DNA of 64,000 bases, taken from Octopus sinensis (lineage: Eukaryota). Each line of letters starts with the position of its first letter. Position 1 is the stretch's first letter. Location: the NCBI RefSeq assembly GCF_006345805.1, contig NC_043015.1:53444001-53508000 (forward strand). The letters run 5' to 3'. Both the position numbers and the translations under genes were made by a program. Shown here piece by piece: positions 26,342 through 38,722 of the stretch. The notes under the pieces were generated by a model. It had not been told where the DNA came from. It ran no database searches and was given only the letters and a program-made list of their open reading frames with translations.

Positions 26342-26664
26342 GCCATATGTTGAGAGGGATTCTTTGGGATTTGAATAATTTACCTCTGGAAACATGGGTG
26401 GTTCTTTCAACATCCTTAGACAACCCTTATTCAGGGACCTTTTGAGCGGGATGGGCTACTCAACCTGAAGAAAATTCTAACTGGGCCCCACCTGCAAGGT
26501 CATGTGCTGTTTATCTTGATATGAGATCACCATGTCGCGCACATATGGTTGTGATGCATGTGCCTGATGTACCCTTATCAGACGGGTAGTCATGATGGGT
26601 GTATTGGGCTTCGTATATTTTACCCCAGTGTCACTTTGATGGCATGAACTGCTCTCTCACTCAA
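25237..26664. mobile_element. Three tandem copies of a ~540-bp (AAT)n-flanked interspersed repeat
   Basis: Units at about 25237-25775, 25791-26262 (internal deletions) and 26341-26664 (5'-truncated). Each runs gccctgatgcagtacc...ctgctctctcactcaat and is bounded by (AAT)n. Confidence 0.85.
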
Positions 26665-26689
26665 TGATAATAATAATAATAATAATAAT

Positions 26690-26840
26690 ATCGTTTGTCT
26701 TCACGTTCAGCGTTCAGATTCTGCTGGAGTCGACTTCGTATTTCATTTTTTCGGGATCAATAAAATATGTATCAGTTGAAGACTAGAGACGATGTAACCA
26801 ACTACCCCACCTCACAAAATGTCAGACCTTGTGCTTTTAG
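26690..26840 (+). mobile_element. SINE family A copy, degenerate
   Basis: cagcgttcagattctgctggagtcgacttcgtatttcat...gaccttgtgc. Confidence 0.6.
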
Positions 26841-27249
26841 TAGAAATGACTTTTAAATCTAAAAAAATATTTTGCTCAACGCTGGGACAAATTTATTTTT
26901 CATCTCCATGTTACCTCTTTCTTGCCACCCAACCTGTTATAAATTATAGCAAACGTCGTTCTACCATTATTGAAATCCATGAGTAAGACAGAATATAAAT
27001 ATGACTAAATCTATCCCTTTCGCCATTTAGTTAGACTATATCTGAAAGGACGAGTTAGACTAGTTAAAGGACTTTTAATCACAAATCAGCCTAGATCTGC
27101 CCAGAGATTATTAACCTGGAATATAAAAAGAACAGAATATAAAGGATTAAAATGACTTTTCAGATGAATTATTGTTAATAAGACATTAATTCTTCTGAAT
27201 ATTAGCATCATCTTTAGAGATAAAATATACACATTTCCAGGAATAAGAT

Positions 27250-28000
27250 ACGTTTTGATGATTAGAGATCAAAATGATAAAATCGTAGTGTAGAAATGGA
27301 CATTGTAAACATAGAATTTGTATGTATATATATACACAAGAATAACAAACTTTATGATGATCAGAGATCAAATATATGAAGACGTTGGGTAGGACAATTA
27401 TTGTAAATAATACAAAAGCATATACATATATATACACACATACACACTCACACATATCCATGACTAATGCAGTTTATGAAGATCCGAGACAACATCGATA
27501 AAAGAGCTGTCGTTATATAAATATTGTAAAAACACATTATCTATATATCTAAGCATAGAACAAACAATGACAACTGGCGATCGACTATTCAAAATCCATA
27601 CATAAATACTTATATATATATATATATATGTTTTGCCAGTATACATTCTGTACGTATCCAAAAATAGTAACGTAGAATATATTAACTGGAGATCAAATAA
27701 GATTAAGACGTGATGTAAATATATTGGTCGTTCCTATTCAACTGCGTCACAAAGTATGATGATCGGAGATCACAGTGATCTAGATGTAATATAGATATTA
27801 TCATACAAATACACACAAACATACACAGATATATATATATATAGATATATACACTCTGGATATATCAAGAATTATTAGTTATCATTTTTTATGATGATCC
27901 GGAATTAAATCGTTCCTGAATTAAAACATATATCAGTAGATATATAGACATAAATAGATTTATATTTAGGAAGGACATTGTATGAAGATCCCGGATTAAA
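27250..28000 (+). repeat. Degenerate array of a TATGA(T/A)GATCNGAGATCAAA motif at roughly 100-130 bp spacing
   Basis: Motif copies near 27255, 27353, 27475, 27688 (partial), 27755, 27890 and 27981; the first three share a downstream attgtaaa. Confidence 0.55.
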
Positions 28001-28134
28001 CTGATGAAGTCATAGTGGAGAAGTAAATATCATAGCATCTTTCATCAGATCTAAAAATGGAAGTTACTAAGCTGAAGAAAGTATAGTGGCATTAGTGATG
28101 TATACATTTCGAGAAGTGTAATGACAGAGACAAA

Positions 28135-28159
28135 ATAATAATAATAATAAATAATAATA

Positions 28160-28195
<36 letters not shown>

Positions 28196-28224
28196 TAATA
28201 ATAATAATGATAATAATAATAATG

Positions 28225-28279
<55 letters not shown>

Positions 28280-28436
28280 GGATAATAATAATAATAATAA
28301 TAATAATATAATAATAATAATATAATATAATAATAATAATAATAATAATAATATAATAATAATGATAATAATAATAATGATAATAATAATAATAATAATA
28401 ATAATAATATAATAATAATATAATAATAATAAAAGG

Positions 28437-28481
<45 letters not shown>

Positions 28482-28500
28482 TAATATAATAATAATAAAT
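28135..28500. repeat. Long (AAT)n microsatellite
   Basis: About 365 bp of imperfect AAT; source of the poly-I/Y/L ORFs. Confidence 0.98.
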
Positions 28501-29116
28501 GTAATGCCCGCACTGAATAACAACATGGATGTACTAACCGGGCTCTCTATTCGAAAACAAATCTAACCCAATAACATCGATGGAATTTTAACGAATATAC
28601 TAAGAAAAGAAACGAAATTTTACTGCCATACAAAGTGCAGTTTCTCCTACGCACGGTGTCTCAATGAAACATATGCGTAACACACACGCGATTTGAACAC
28701 CGGAAAGTTTACAAATAATAAAATAGAAACGGACCAAAATAAAAAAAATAGTAAGTGCATAAATAGAGTAATCACGCATACACTCGAATGTCTACACAAT
28801 TATATATACATTTTGATACCCATAGGACTACACATACATTGCAAAATTTTACACACTGAGTGAAATTTACAGGACACACACTCACGCACATGAAAGCACA
28901 TGACACAAAACAAGCAAAAACAAAATCAAAACTGCCTTTGTTTTTCTTATTTTATTCTCATTTTTTCGAACTAACACAGACAGAGTGAACCTTTCATAAG
29001 TTTAAAAAACGCCACAAAAAAAAAACTGTCCGGAGGTAAATCTATCAACAACAAAAAATAATAAGAAGAAGACGAAGAAGAAGAAGAAGAAGAAGAAGAA
29101 GAAGAAGAAGAAGAAG

Positions 29117-29147
<31 letters not shown>

Positions 29148-29186
29148 GATAAATGCAGAATTTGTGGACAAAATGGTGAAACTGTA

Positions 29187-29788
29187 TGGCATATTACCAG
29201 TCAAAGTACGCTACTGGCCCAGAAAGGATAAAACAAACGTCCTGACAATATAGCAAGCTTTGTCCATTGGTCACTTTGCAACAAGTATGGACTAGATAGA
29301 ACAAAAAAGTAGTATGAAAATAAACCCGAGGGCATCATTGAAAATGATAATGCAAAGATCCTATGGGATTTTATGTTTCAGTGCGACCATGAGATAGAGA
29401 ATAGGAAACGAGACATAGTGTTAATTGGGAAAGTAAGCAAAAGATGTTGAATCATAGAATTAGCATGCCCAGCTGACAACAAGGTATGCGATAAAGAAGA
29501 AAAAAAAGTCGATAGATAAGACAGGTTAGCTTGGGAGGTTAAGCAGTTGTGGTCACTGAAAAAGGTGGTAGTAGTACTAATAATTGTTGGAGCCCAGGGA
29601 ACAGTGAGTAAAACATTTGAGAATTACATGGAACAATTAGGGGCTGCAATAAGGAGCACTTGCAGAAAACAGCACTGCTTAAAACCGCTCGAATACTCCG
29701 GATGTTGCTCGAAAAATAAGGTGTGTTACCTTACTTCACTGGTAGTTAACAGCTGACACTATAGTACATCTCCAGCGTTAGAAGCCGG
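29187..29788 (+). mobile_element. R4/Dong-clade (RLE-type) non-LTR retrotransposon 3' end
   Basis: Translation HITSQSTLLAQ...(R)PDNIASFVHWSLCNKY...ENDNAKILWDF...NRKRDIV...IIELACPAD...IVGAQGTV...QKTALLKTARILR gives a zinc-knuckle remnant plus restriction-like endonuclease. Ends in an (ATG)/(AAT)n tail. Confidence 0.88.
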
Positions 29789-29865
29789 CAACGCAATGAT
29801 GATGATAATGATGATGATGATGATATGATGATTGATGATGATGATGATGATAATAATATATAATA

Positions 29866-29898
<33 letters not shown>

Positions 29899-29913
29899 TA
29901 TAATAATCATAAT

Positions 29914-30456
29914 ACTGATTCAGTCCAGGCAGTGGCTCTCATGGCTTCTGATCTAACTGATTGGAAGTGTTATCATGTACATTGTTTTGTCTTTGGTATA
30001 AAGATGGGCTACAGCAAATATTCTGCTCAATACCACAGATTTGCTTGTCGTTGTTTGACCTTAACCAGTTGAGCATGTCCCTTAGTGGCTGACGATATGT
30101 GCATCTCTGATCACGAGCAGAAGTAGTGGGGGAGCATCATTGCCATGTGTTGAGAGGGATTCTTTGGGTTTGAATGTTTCACCTCTGGAAATAGGTGTTT
30201 CGTTCAACATCCTAAAGCAACCTTATTCAGGGACCGTTTGAGCAGGATGGGCTACTCAACCTGAAGAAAATTCTAACTGGCCCCACCTGCAAGGTCATAT
30301 GCTGTTTATCTTGATATGAGATCACCATGTCGCGCACATATGGTGTGATGCATGTGCCTGGTGTACCTTTATCCGACAGGTAGTCATGATGGGTATATTG
30401 GGCTTCGTATATTTTACCCCAGTGTCACTTTGATGGCATGAACTGCTCTCTCACTC

Positions 30457-30458
<2 letters not shown>
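29914..30458. mobile_element. Fourth copy of the ~540-bp (AAT)n-flanked repeat
   Basis: Same sequence as 25237-25775 with several single-base deletions; (AAT)n on both sides. Confidence 0.85.
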
Positions 30459-30489
<31 letters not shown>

Positions 30490-30721
30490 TATTATTATTA
30501 TAATAATAATAATAATAATTATAATAATAATAATAATGATAAGAAGAAGAAGAATAACAATAATAATAACTCCCCCAGTATTGGGATAATGGTAAGTCGA
30601 TTATATCAACCACAGTACATGATTAGTATGGAAGGATAAAAATCATAGTCGTCATTAAGACTAGAGTCGGAAGAACTGACGCTAATAATAATAACAACAA
30701 TAACAGTGTGGAGTTGCTCAC

Positions 30722-30727
30722 CTCCTT
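30722..30727 (-). other. Candidate 6-nt microexon (AAGGAG)
   Basis: Minus strand: gTTAACtttttgtgtaattTGCAG|AAGGAG|GTGAGC, i.e. branch-like TTAAC, pyrimidine tract, UGC, AG, a 6-nt exon and a strong donor. No transcript evidence. Confidence 0.25.
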
Positions 30728-31329
30728 CTGCAAATTACACAAAAAGTTAACTTAAAAAGGACTTCTGAATGCATAACACAAAACACTGACCTGTAATATC
30801 AGCAGTCTCTATTAACGATTAAGAAACAGTGGCGATCAGTTACATGTAGAAGACACCATTATCGCTGTATCTTTGGGTGTTTGAAAAAAAATTATTGTAA
30901 AATGTATATTGTGGACATCGAGAAAAATTGTCACCTGCGATTAGAAAAATCGAAGTATTCATTAAAACCATCAAAAGATTTCAACAGAAGGAAGGCCGAC
31001 AGGATAAAGAACTGTGTAGCGAAAGAACTCTATGGTTATGTTTTGCAGTATATGATTGGTTTGAAGTGAAGTACGCAAGTTGTTAGATGTAATTGGTTGA
31101 AAATTTGATGAAAGATATTAGTAATGTTTAGTCAGACAGCAAACGCAGCGTATGTAGAAATGGAATCGAAAGTATGAATAATTTTCTAGGTAAGTGTAGT
31201 AAGCCAGCACAAAACGATGTAAACCCAGGCTTGACTGTAACAGTGAAGGACGTGCACTGGGATGAATTATGGAAAGAGGATAATAAGGAAAAGTGCACCG
31301 ATATAATGAAAGAGAATTCAGATGAACAG

Positions 31330-32361
31330 TTAATAGAGAAATGAAATGGAAAAAGATGTTGAAGAAAACGGAAGAAGAAAAGAAGTTCAACTAGGATAAC
31401 AAAAAGATGTTTTGAAGAAAGAGGAACAGAAGAAAATCAAAAGAAGCTTAAGAAAGAAGCGATAGAAAAATAGCGGAGGGAAAAAGATGTGAGAAGAGCG
31501 GTAAAGAAAAGGTACGAGGAGAGGAGGAGAGGGAGTGGGAGGAAAACAAAAAGGAAAGAGAAAAAGAAAAATAGAAGGGAGAAAACCGAGCGGAGGAAAT
31601 AAGTGGAAGGAGCAAGAAAAGCAGAGAGAAGAAACAAACAAAAAGAAAGGGAATGAAGAAAATAGAGAAAAATATGAACGAGAAGAGAAAAGATTAAAAA
31701 AGAACGAGTTGGCTACTGAAGGAGAAGGAAAATAGGAAGGAAGGAAGGAACGTGCGAAAAAATGGAAGAAGAAAATGAAAGAGAATGAAATTGCAGCCAT
31801 TTTCGATGAAAATGATATGGAGACAGGAAAAAGTAGAATGACATCTATAATAATAGTAATGATATTCTGTTATCGACACAAAGCCTGGAATTTTAGGAAA
31901 CGGGGGATGGGGTCAAGTCGATTACATCGATCTCCCTCAGTGTTCGATTGGTAATTATTTTATGGACCCGGGAAAGGACGAAAATAAAGCAAAGGACGAC
32001 CTCGGTGAGATGACAACTGCTACTACTACTACTACTACTACTTCTACTACTGCTGCTGCTGCTGGTACTACTACTACTACTAACACCACCACTATCGCCA
32101 TTACTACTACTACTACTACTACTACTACCACTACTACTACTACTACTATTACTACTACTACAGCAACTACTACTACTAGCACCACCACAACAACTGCCAT
32201 TACTACTACTACTACCACCGCTACCACTACCACCACTACCACCACCACCTCTGCTACTACAACCACAACAACCACCACCACCACCATCACCACCACCACC
32301 ACCACTACTAATACTACTACTACTAGTACTGCCACTACTACCACTACTACTACTACTACTG

Positions 32362-32392
<31 letters not shown>

Positions 32393-34410
32393 CACTACTA
32401 CTGCTGCTGCTGCTAGTACTACTACTACTACTACTACTACTACCACAATTAGGATTGCTGCTGTTGGTGGTATTACTACTCCTGCTGTGGGTGGACTGTG
32501 CTTAACTGGTTCTTATGTTTGTGACATGGGCAAGAAGGAAGAAGAGAAAAGGATGGAATGAAGGGAGGAGTAAAAGAATTGGAAGAAATTTGACGAAATT
32601 TGAAGAAATTTTGGATATCGAGAAAGAAGGAAAATAAGAGGAGACGAATGAAAGGAAGGAATGTTGAAAAAAATGGAAGAGGAAAAAGAAAGACTTGAAG
32701 ATAAAAGAAAAATGATTTGAGTCAAATAGATGAAGAAAATGGAAAATGAGTTCAAGGAGAAGATAAGGTAGGTGAAGGATGAAAATGAATACGAATAATA
32801 TTCTATTCTACTCTAGGCACAAGGCCCAAAATTTTGGGGGCGGAGGCCAGTCGATTAAATTGACCCCAGTAAGCAAGTGGTACTTAATTTATTGACCCTA
32901 AAAGGATGAAAGGCAAAGTGGGCTTTGGTGGGATTTGAACTAAGAACGTAAAGACAGACGAAATACCGGTAAGCATTTCGCCCAGCGTGCTAACGTTTCT
33001 GCCAGCTCGTCGCCTTAAATAAGAAAAATATTGAAAGTATAATGGGGTGGGGGAGATGGAAGACATGTGGAAGGAGAAAGGGGGAGAGAAGAGAAAGAGA
33101 GAAAGAAGAATATGAAGTATAATGAGAATGGGTTCCAAGGAAGAGATGAATTGCGATATGAAGGAGGAGAAGGAGGAAGGGGAAGAGGAGGAGGAGGAGA
33201 GGAGAGAGAAAAATATAGAGAAAAGGAGAGAAAACACTGAAAGACATGAGTTAGAAATAATGAAATGACAGGAGTAGGGAAAGAGGGAGAATGTGAGAAA
33301 TAGGGAAAAGGGAAAAGGGAGAAGAAGAAAGAGATGACGTACTAGATGATGATGATGATGATGATGATGAAGGAGAGGATGAAGAAGAAGATGGAGATGA
33401 AAAAGTTGCAGCAGCAGCAGCGGTAGTAGTAGTAGTAGATGAAGAAGAAGAAAAAAGAAGAAAAACAGATGATGAGGAGGAAGACGAGGAAAGGAGGAGG
33501 TAGAGGAGGAGGTGGAGAACGAGGAGGAGGTGGAGGAGGACAAGGAGTTGGGGATGGATACCAACTGCAGCAGGACCAAAAATATGTATTGGAAAGGGAA
33601 TTGGGGAAAACGAATATAAATGTTGCGAAAGAGAAGAAATGAGTGGATCAGGAAAAGAAGATGAAAGAAAGCAAGAAAAAAAGGGAACGAAAAAAGAAGA
33701 GAAAGAAGCGAAAGAAAAAGCGAAAGAAACAAAAGAAAAAGAAGAAGAAGAAAAAGAAGAAGAAGAAGAAGAGAAGAAGAAGAAGAAGGAGGAGGAGGAG
33801 AAGAAGAAGAAGAAGAAGAAGAAGAAGAAGAAGAAGCGAAAGAAGAAGAGAAAGGAAAGAAAGAAGTAAAAGGTGACGAAGAAGAAGAAACGAAAGAAGG
33901 AGGAGGGGAGGAGGAAAAGGTCGTGGAAGATTGGAAGTGTTAGTAGTTATACTAGCAGTAGAATTAGGAACAGTAGTATTAGTGGTAGTGGTAGTGAAGA
34001 AGAAGAAGAAGAAGAAGATGAAAGAGAATAAGAAGAAGAAGAGAAGAAGAGGAAGAAGAAGGAGAGGAAGAAGAAGAGGAGAGAGAAGAAGAAGAAGAAG
34101 AGGAGAGGAGGAGAAGGAGAAGAGAAGGAGAAGAGGAAGAAGAAGGAGAAGAGGAAGAAGAGAAGGAAGAAGAAGAAGAAGAAAAAAAAAGAAGAGAAGA
34201 AGAAGGAGAAGAAGAGAAGGAAAGAAGAGGAGAAGAAGATAGAAGAAGAAGGAGAAGGAGAAGAAAAAGAAGAAGAAGTAGGAAGAGGAGAAGAAGAAGA
34301 AGAAGAAGAAGGAGAAAAGAAGAAGAAGAAGAAGAAGAAGAAGAAGAAGAAGAAGAAGAAGAAGAAGAAGAAGAAGAAGAAGAAGAAGAAGAAGAAGAAG
34401 AAGAAGACTG
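31330..34410. repeat. Purine-rich low-complexity region with (ACT/ACC)n, (GAT)n and (GAA/GAG)n tracts
   Basis: Direct reading; interrupted by SINE A copies near 31881-32012 and 32800-33018. Confidence 0.95.
32800..33018 (-). mobile_element. SINE family A copy
   Basis: Near full-length match to the consensus in reverse complement. Confidence 0.85.
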
Positions 34411-36823
34411 CATAACAAGAAAGACGACAGGAAATAGCAAGAAAAAAATAAAGAAAAATGAAGAAAATAAAGATGAATATATTTGTAAAGAATGACCAGA
34501 CTTATTTACGTCAGAGTCAACATCAAAACAACGAGCGACAGAGTAATGTTGACGAAAGGAAATGCATTGAATGATATGATGTCCATCCAGAAGGAATATT
34601 GTGTTTGTAATATTCTGTGCTGTGAATGGCAACCTTGACAATAGTTTTGTAATTTAAGAATGCAATCTGCATAAAAGACTTGCTGCAGGCTCAACGGAAT
34701 AGTAGAGTCCCAGAACAATAATGGCCTATCAGCGTTGACAAAGTAAATCAATGCTTACTCAACTTGCTTTGGATCGGCAAAATAACGCACAGCTGCAATT
34801 TTGATTGATTTCCATATTTTTGTGATACAAATTGTGTAAAAAGAAGAAAAAAAAAGAAATGGTTAATAAAACTATATGAAAAATATTTATTTGCTTGTTT
34901 GTGTGGTGTGTGTCTTCTCTTGTTTTGCTTGTGTGAAGGTCTTCTATTTGTATATTCTAAGTCCTTTCCGAAATATATTTCTACGAATTTCTCGTTTCAA
35001 AGTACATCTACAGACGCAATACTTGGATACATCATCAGCATTGTCTTCTGACTCACTGGGTAGTTTCGGATCTTAAAGTACAGACTCTCATTCAAATTAG
35101 CAGAATTTGATTATTCGATCATTGGCCTTTTTGTAAGCGGCATTCTACTGACCCCACATTCTATCTCTGACCAGTCACGTCTTAGATATTTTCCTAATGC
35201 AAGTTAGTTTCATGACCTTCAAAGAGCTGAAAGAGGAGGAGGAAGAGAAGGCAGAGGAGAAGGAAAAGGCAGTGACCAGGAATTTTAGAGATCCTACGTG
35301 ATTGGTAAGAAATAAATGCTAATGATTCCTAGATTCAACATATATAATCAATGGCTTCAGGGAAGCAGTTGAAGATTTTGCAACTGTCTTTATAGTGATT
35401 GAGTGATCTGTAAAAACAAATATTTACATACTTCGTCCTAGCTGATGGAAATGGTAGCTAAATATCTCTCAAATTACACCCTACCGTTCTGAAAATGGAA
35501 GAAAACGTCGCTTAATTTTAGACAAGACACATAATGTTAGAGAAAACGACGGAAGACTTACAATTTAAACGATATGATAATATTCTTACTTAGTTATGAC
35601 TAATCTGGAGCTAAGCAAAAATTAAAAACTCTTGTAAAGTTACCCAACGGCGAAGATATGGTTTTAGAGAAGGTGGTGCGTTAGCTTTTCGCGGGAGAAA
35701 TATACACAGCCGATAATCCTTTACCCCAAATTCTGAAATTTAAAAAATTGCAAAATCCGACATTATTCGATTAAAGTACGAATCACAACTACAAATTTCC
35801 TGAAGGCACTCTGAAACTGTTTAATAACTAGTTGTTTTAAATGAGTGAAGGACAGACCTATGAACTGGATAAGTGTCGTTTAGCTATTACATATCGTTGA
35901 CTGGCTGAATGCGAAATTGAATCCAGAAGATTTGTTTTGCCAGACATTTAAAAATACGCCAAGTGCAACTGGTGTTGTAGGAGACTAGACGAGCAGTATA
36001 TGTATTTAAGACTATCTACACGGTTTATATGTAAGCAAACATTATATATATGTATATATATATAAATATGTATGTATGTATGTATAAGTTGTTGTATGTA
36101 AAAGTAAGAGGGGGGCGTGTTTAAACTTACGTTCTATGCCCAGGATTATCCCATTTTATAAACGCAAAAATACAGGGTGTGGCAAATCCTTTCAACATTT
36201 TACAGGTTGATATTTCAACAGCAAAAACCTTGTACACTGGTCCAAATCATGAGGGTAACTACCGATTAACAAAAATATTCAGTAAAACAGGAGGTACATG
36301 AACACACCATTAACACCTGTCTAACCTCAGTGGATAATATACGTCCTGACAGCCAGAGAAGTATTTTTTCTGTCGCAGCTGTGCACCATACCTCGGCAGG
36401 ATTTTGAATCCCCGTATAGAAATCCAGAACATATACTACAAGGTTATTTCCGACGCTCGCACGGTTTTGCTAGCCCGCTACCTCACGACAAATTTGAAGG
36501 AGTGGCTGTGTGGTAAGTAGCTTGCTTCCCGACCACTTGGTTCCGGGTTCAGTCCCACTGCGTGGCACCTTGGGCAAGTGCTTCTACTATAGCCTCGGAT
36601 CGACCAAAGCCTTGAGTGGATTTGGTAGACGGAAACTGAAAGAAGATCGTCATATATATATATATACAAAAATAAATATAAGAGAATGGTCACTATGTGG
36701 CTCATTCTAGCACCAGTAAATCCAAAAGGTTTCAACCACAAAAATACATGTTTCCCATGAAAGTCAGTACGATTGTTAGCTCACACGAACAATGCAAATA
36801 AAAAATAACAAAAATACAGATTA

Positions 36824-36905
36824 TTTTGGGACAATTGTTTCGCTATTAATGAATTAAATGTAATTTTACTTACAAAAAAACCCACTTGTAGCTCCTCAGC
36901 CAAAA
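36824..36905 (-). ncRNA. Type I hammerhead ribozyme (left arm)
   Basis: Exact mirror of the motif at 37354-37434 apart from one T in the stem II insert. Confidence 0.75.
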
Positions 36906-37353
36906 CTATCTGGATGAAATCCACTCAATCACACGCCAGATTTTACCATAACGATAAATACACGTGTGGTTCAATTGATTACATCCGACGTTATAATTCA
37001 AATGCCCCTACCAACAGCGCGCCAAACTTTCACGGAAACAAATACTACATTTAGAAATAAATGTAGCATAATTATAATTAATTAATAAGGGTGAGAGAAT
37101 TAGATACTAATTTAATAGTATATCTATTCAACACCAAGTGGCCCAGTGCCTCGAGAAACCTGGATTATTATAATATTTTATAATATATTATGCTACATTT
37201 ATTTCTAAATGTAGTATTTGTTTCCGTGAAAATTTGGCGCGCTGTTGGTAGGGGCATTTGAATTATAACGTCGGATGTAATCAATTGAACCACACGTGTA
37301 TTTATCGTTATGGTAAAATCTGGCGTGTGATTGAGTGGATTTCATCCAGATAG

Positions 37354-37434
37354 TTTTGGCTGAGGAGCTACAAGTGGGTTTTTTGTAAGTAAAATTACAT
37401 TTAATTCATTAATAGCGAAACAATTGTCCCAAAA
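37354..37434 (+). ncRNA. Type I hammerhead ribozyme with consensus core
   Basis: Stem I TTTTGG/CCAAAA; CTGAGGA at 37360-37366; stem II GCTA..42 nt..TAGC; GAAA at 37417-37420; palindromic stem III ACAATTGT; GUC triplet with predicted cleavage after 37428. Confidence 0.78.
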
Positions 37435-38503
37435 TAATCTGTATTTTTGTTATTTTTTATTTGCCCTGTTCGTGTGAGCTAACAATCCTAGTGACTTTCA
37501 TGGGAAACATGTATTTTTGTGGTTGAAACCTTTTGGATTTACTGGTGCTAGAATGAGCCACATAGTGACCATTCTCTTATATTTATTTTTGTATAAAATA
37601 TTATAATATATTATAAAATATTATAATAATCCAGGTTTCTCGAGGCACTTTACAAAGAATAAGTCCTAGGATCAATTTTCTCGACTAAAGGCGGTGCTCC
37701 AGTATGGCCGCAGTCAAATGACCGAAACAAGTAGCAGAGTAAAAGAGTAAACCTTCTCCCAATTTTATGTTAACCAGCCTGGGTCAGTGTTATCGTTCAT
37801 CCCTTGCAAGTCAATAAAATAAGGTACTAATCAAGTCCCAGATTCGATGAGTCCTCACGGGTGACATGTCGAGTTAAGTACCAGCCAGTGCCAATCTCCG
37901 CGAGATACCTACTCATCTGACCCTGTTTCCCTGACGACTGAAGTCATAACTTTTGCCCTGACTGGGATTACGGTTTGTTACAGGGATCACGACCATTAGT
38001 TTTGAGAGGACTACAACGATCCCAGTTCTTCACTGGTGCCTTATTCTACCGGCCCCGTACGGAAGAGAAGCATTGTCAAACTGAGCGGAATTTTAACGCA
38101 GAACGCAAAGAGTCGGACTAAACGCTGTTAATAATTCTGTCCGATGTGCTCACGATGCTGCCAGGTTACAGGCTTATGTGATCCACTTAGGCTTTTGAAA
38201 GGTTCTGGCTTTCAGCCTTTATTAGAAGCCATTATTCTCATTCCGCTGCCAAGCACGCCAAAAACACTGGTAATGTTTCAGTATTATTGTAATCCTCACA
38301 GCAATGCAGAGCCAAGAGCGGATTTGATAAAAGAAGGATAAGGGAACACAGAGCAGAGTCTGCATTGAGTGGAGCGAAAGAAGAGAGAGACATTTTTCTG
38401 AGATTAAGAATTCATGTGAATATATAATAGATTTGATACTCTCATCAATATGATAATATTCCATGCATATATATATATATATATAATATATATATTATAT
38501 ATT

Positions 38504-38577
<74 letters not shown>

Positions 38578-38679
38578 TATATATATATATACATATATTC
38601 ATATATATACATATATTATATATATGTTTATATACATATTCATAAATATTTACATATATGTATATATATACATATATAC

Positions 38680-38722
<43 letters not shown>

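Larger units (their letters stand above)
36663..37649. mobile_element. Penelope-like fold-back: 410-bp inverted arms plus a 47-bp second inverted pair
   Basis: 36663-37072 is the reverse complement of 37187-37595 (about six differences by eye). 37145-37191 is the reverse complement of 37603-37649. Each long arm holds a hammerhead fold. Confidence 0.8.
36498..37750 (+). mobile_element. SINE family B interrupted by a fold-back insertion
   Basis: Head at 36498-36655 ends in (TA)n; the tail resumes at 37650 (tacaaagaataagtcct...ggcggtgctccagtatggccgcagtcaaatgac). Confidence 0.85.

Noticed and set aside
27350-28010. Cluster of C/D-box snoRNAs (ATGATGA motifs)
   Set aside because: No consistently placed CTGA D box or terminal stem, and several copies read ATGAAGA.
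31962-32561. 199-aa Thr-rich mucin-like ORF
   Set aside because: The start derives from a SINE A fragment and the body is an (ACT/ACC)n microsatellite. No splice or domain support.
32884-34641. Long poly-K/E/R/L/F/S ORFs (up to 282 aa)
   Set aside because: Translations of (GAA/GAG)n low-complexity DNA, open in several frames on both strands.
34506-34830. GPCR- or membrane-protein-like frame (KIWKSIK...FNAFPFVNITLSLVVLML)
   Set aside because: In-frame stops, no recognisable family motifs, and the hydrophobicity is explained by T-rich composition.
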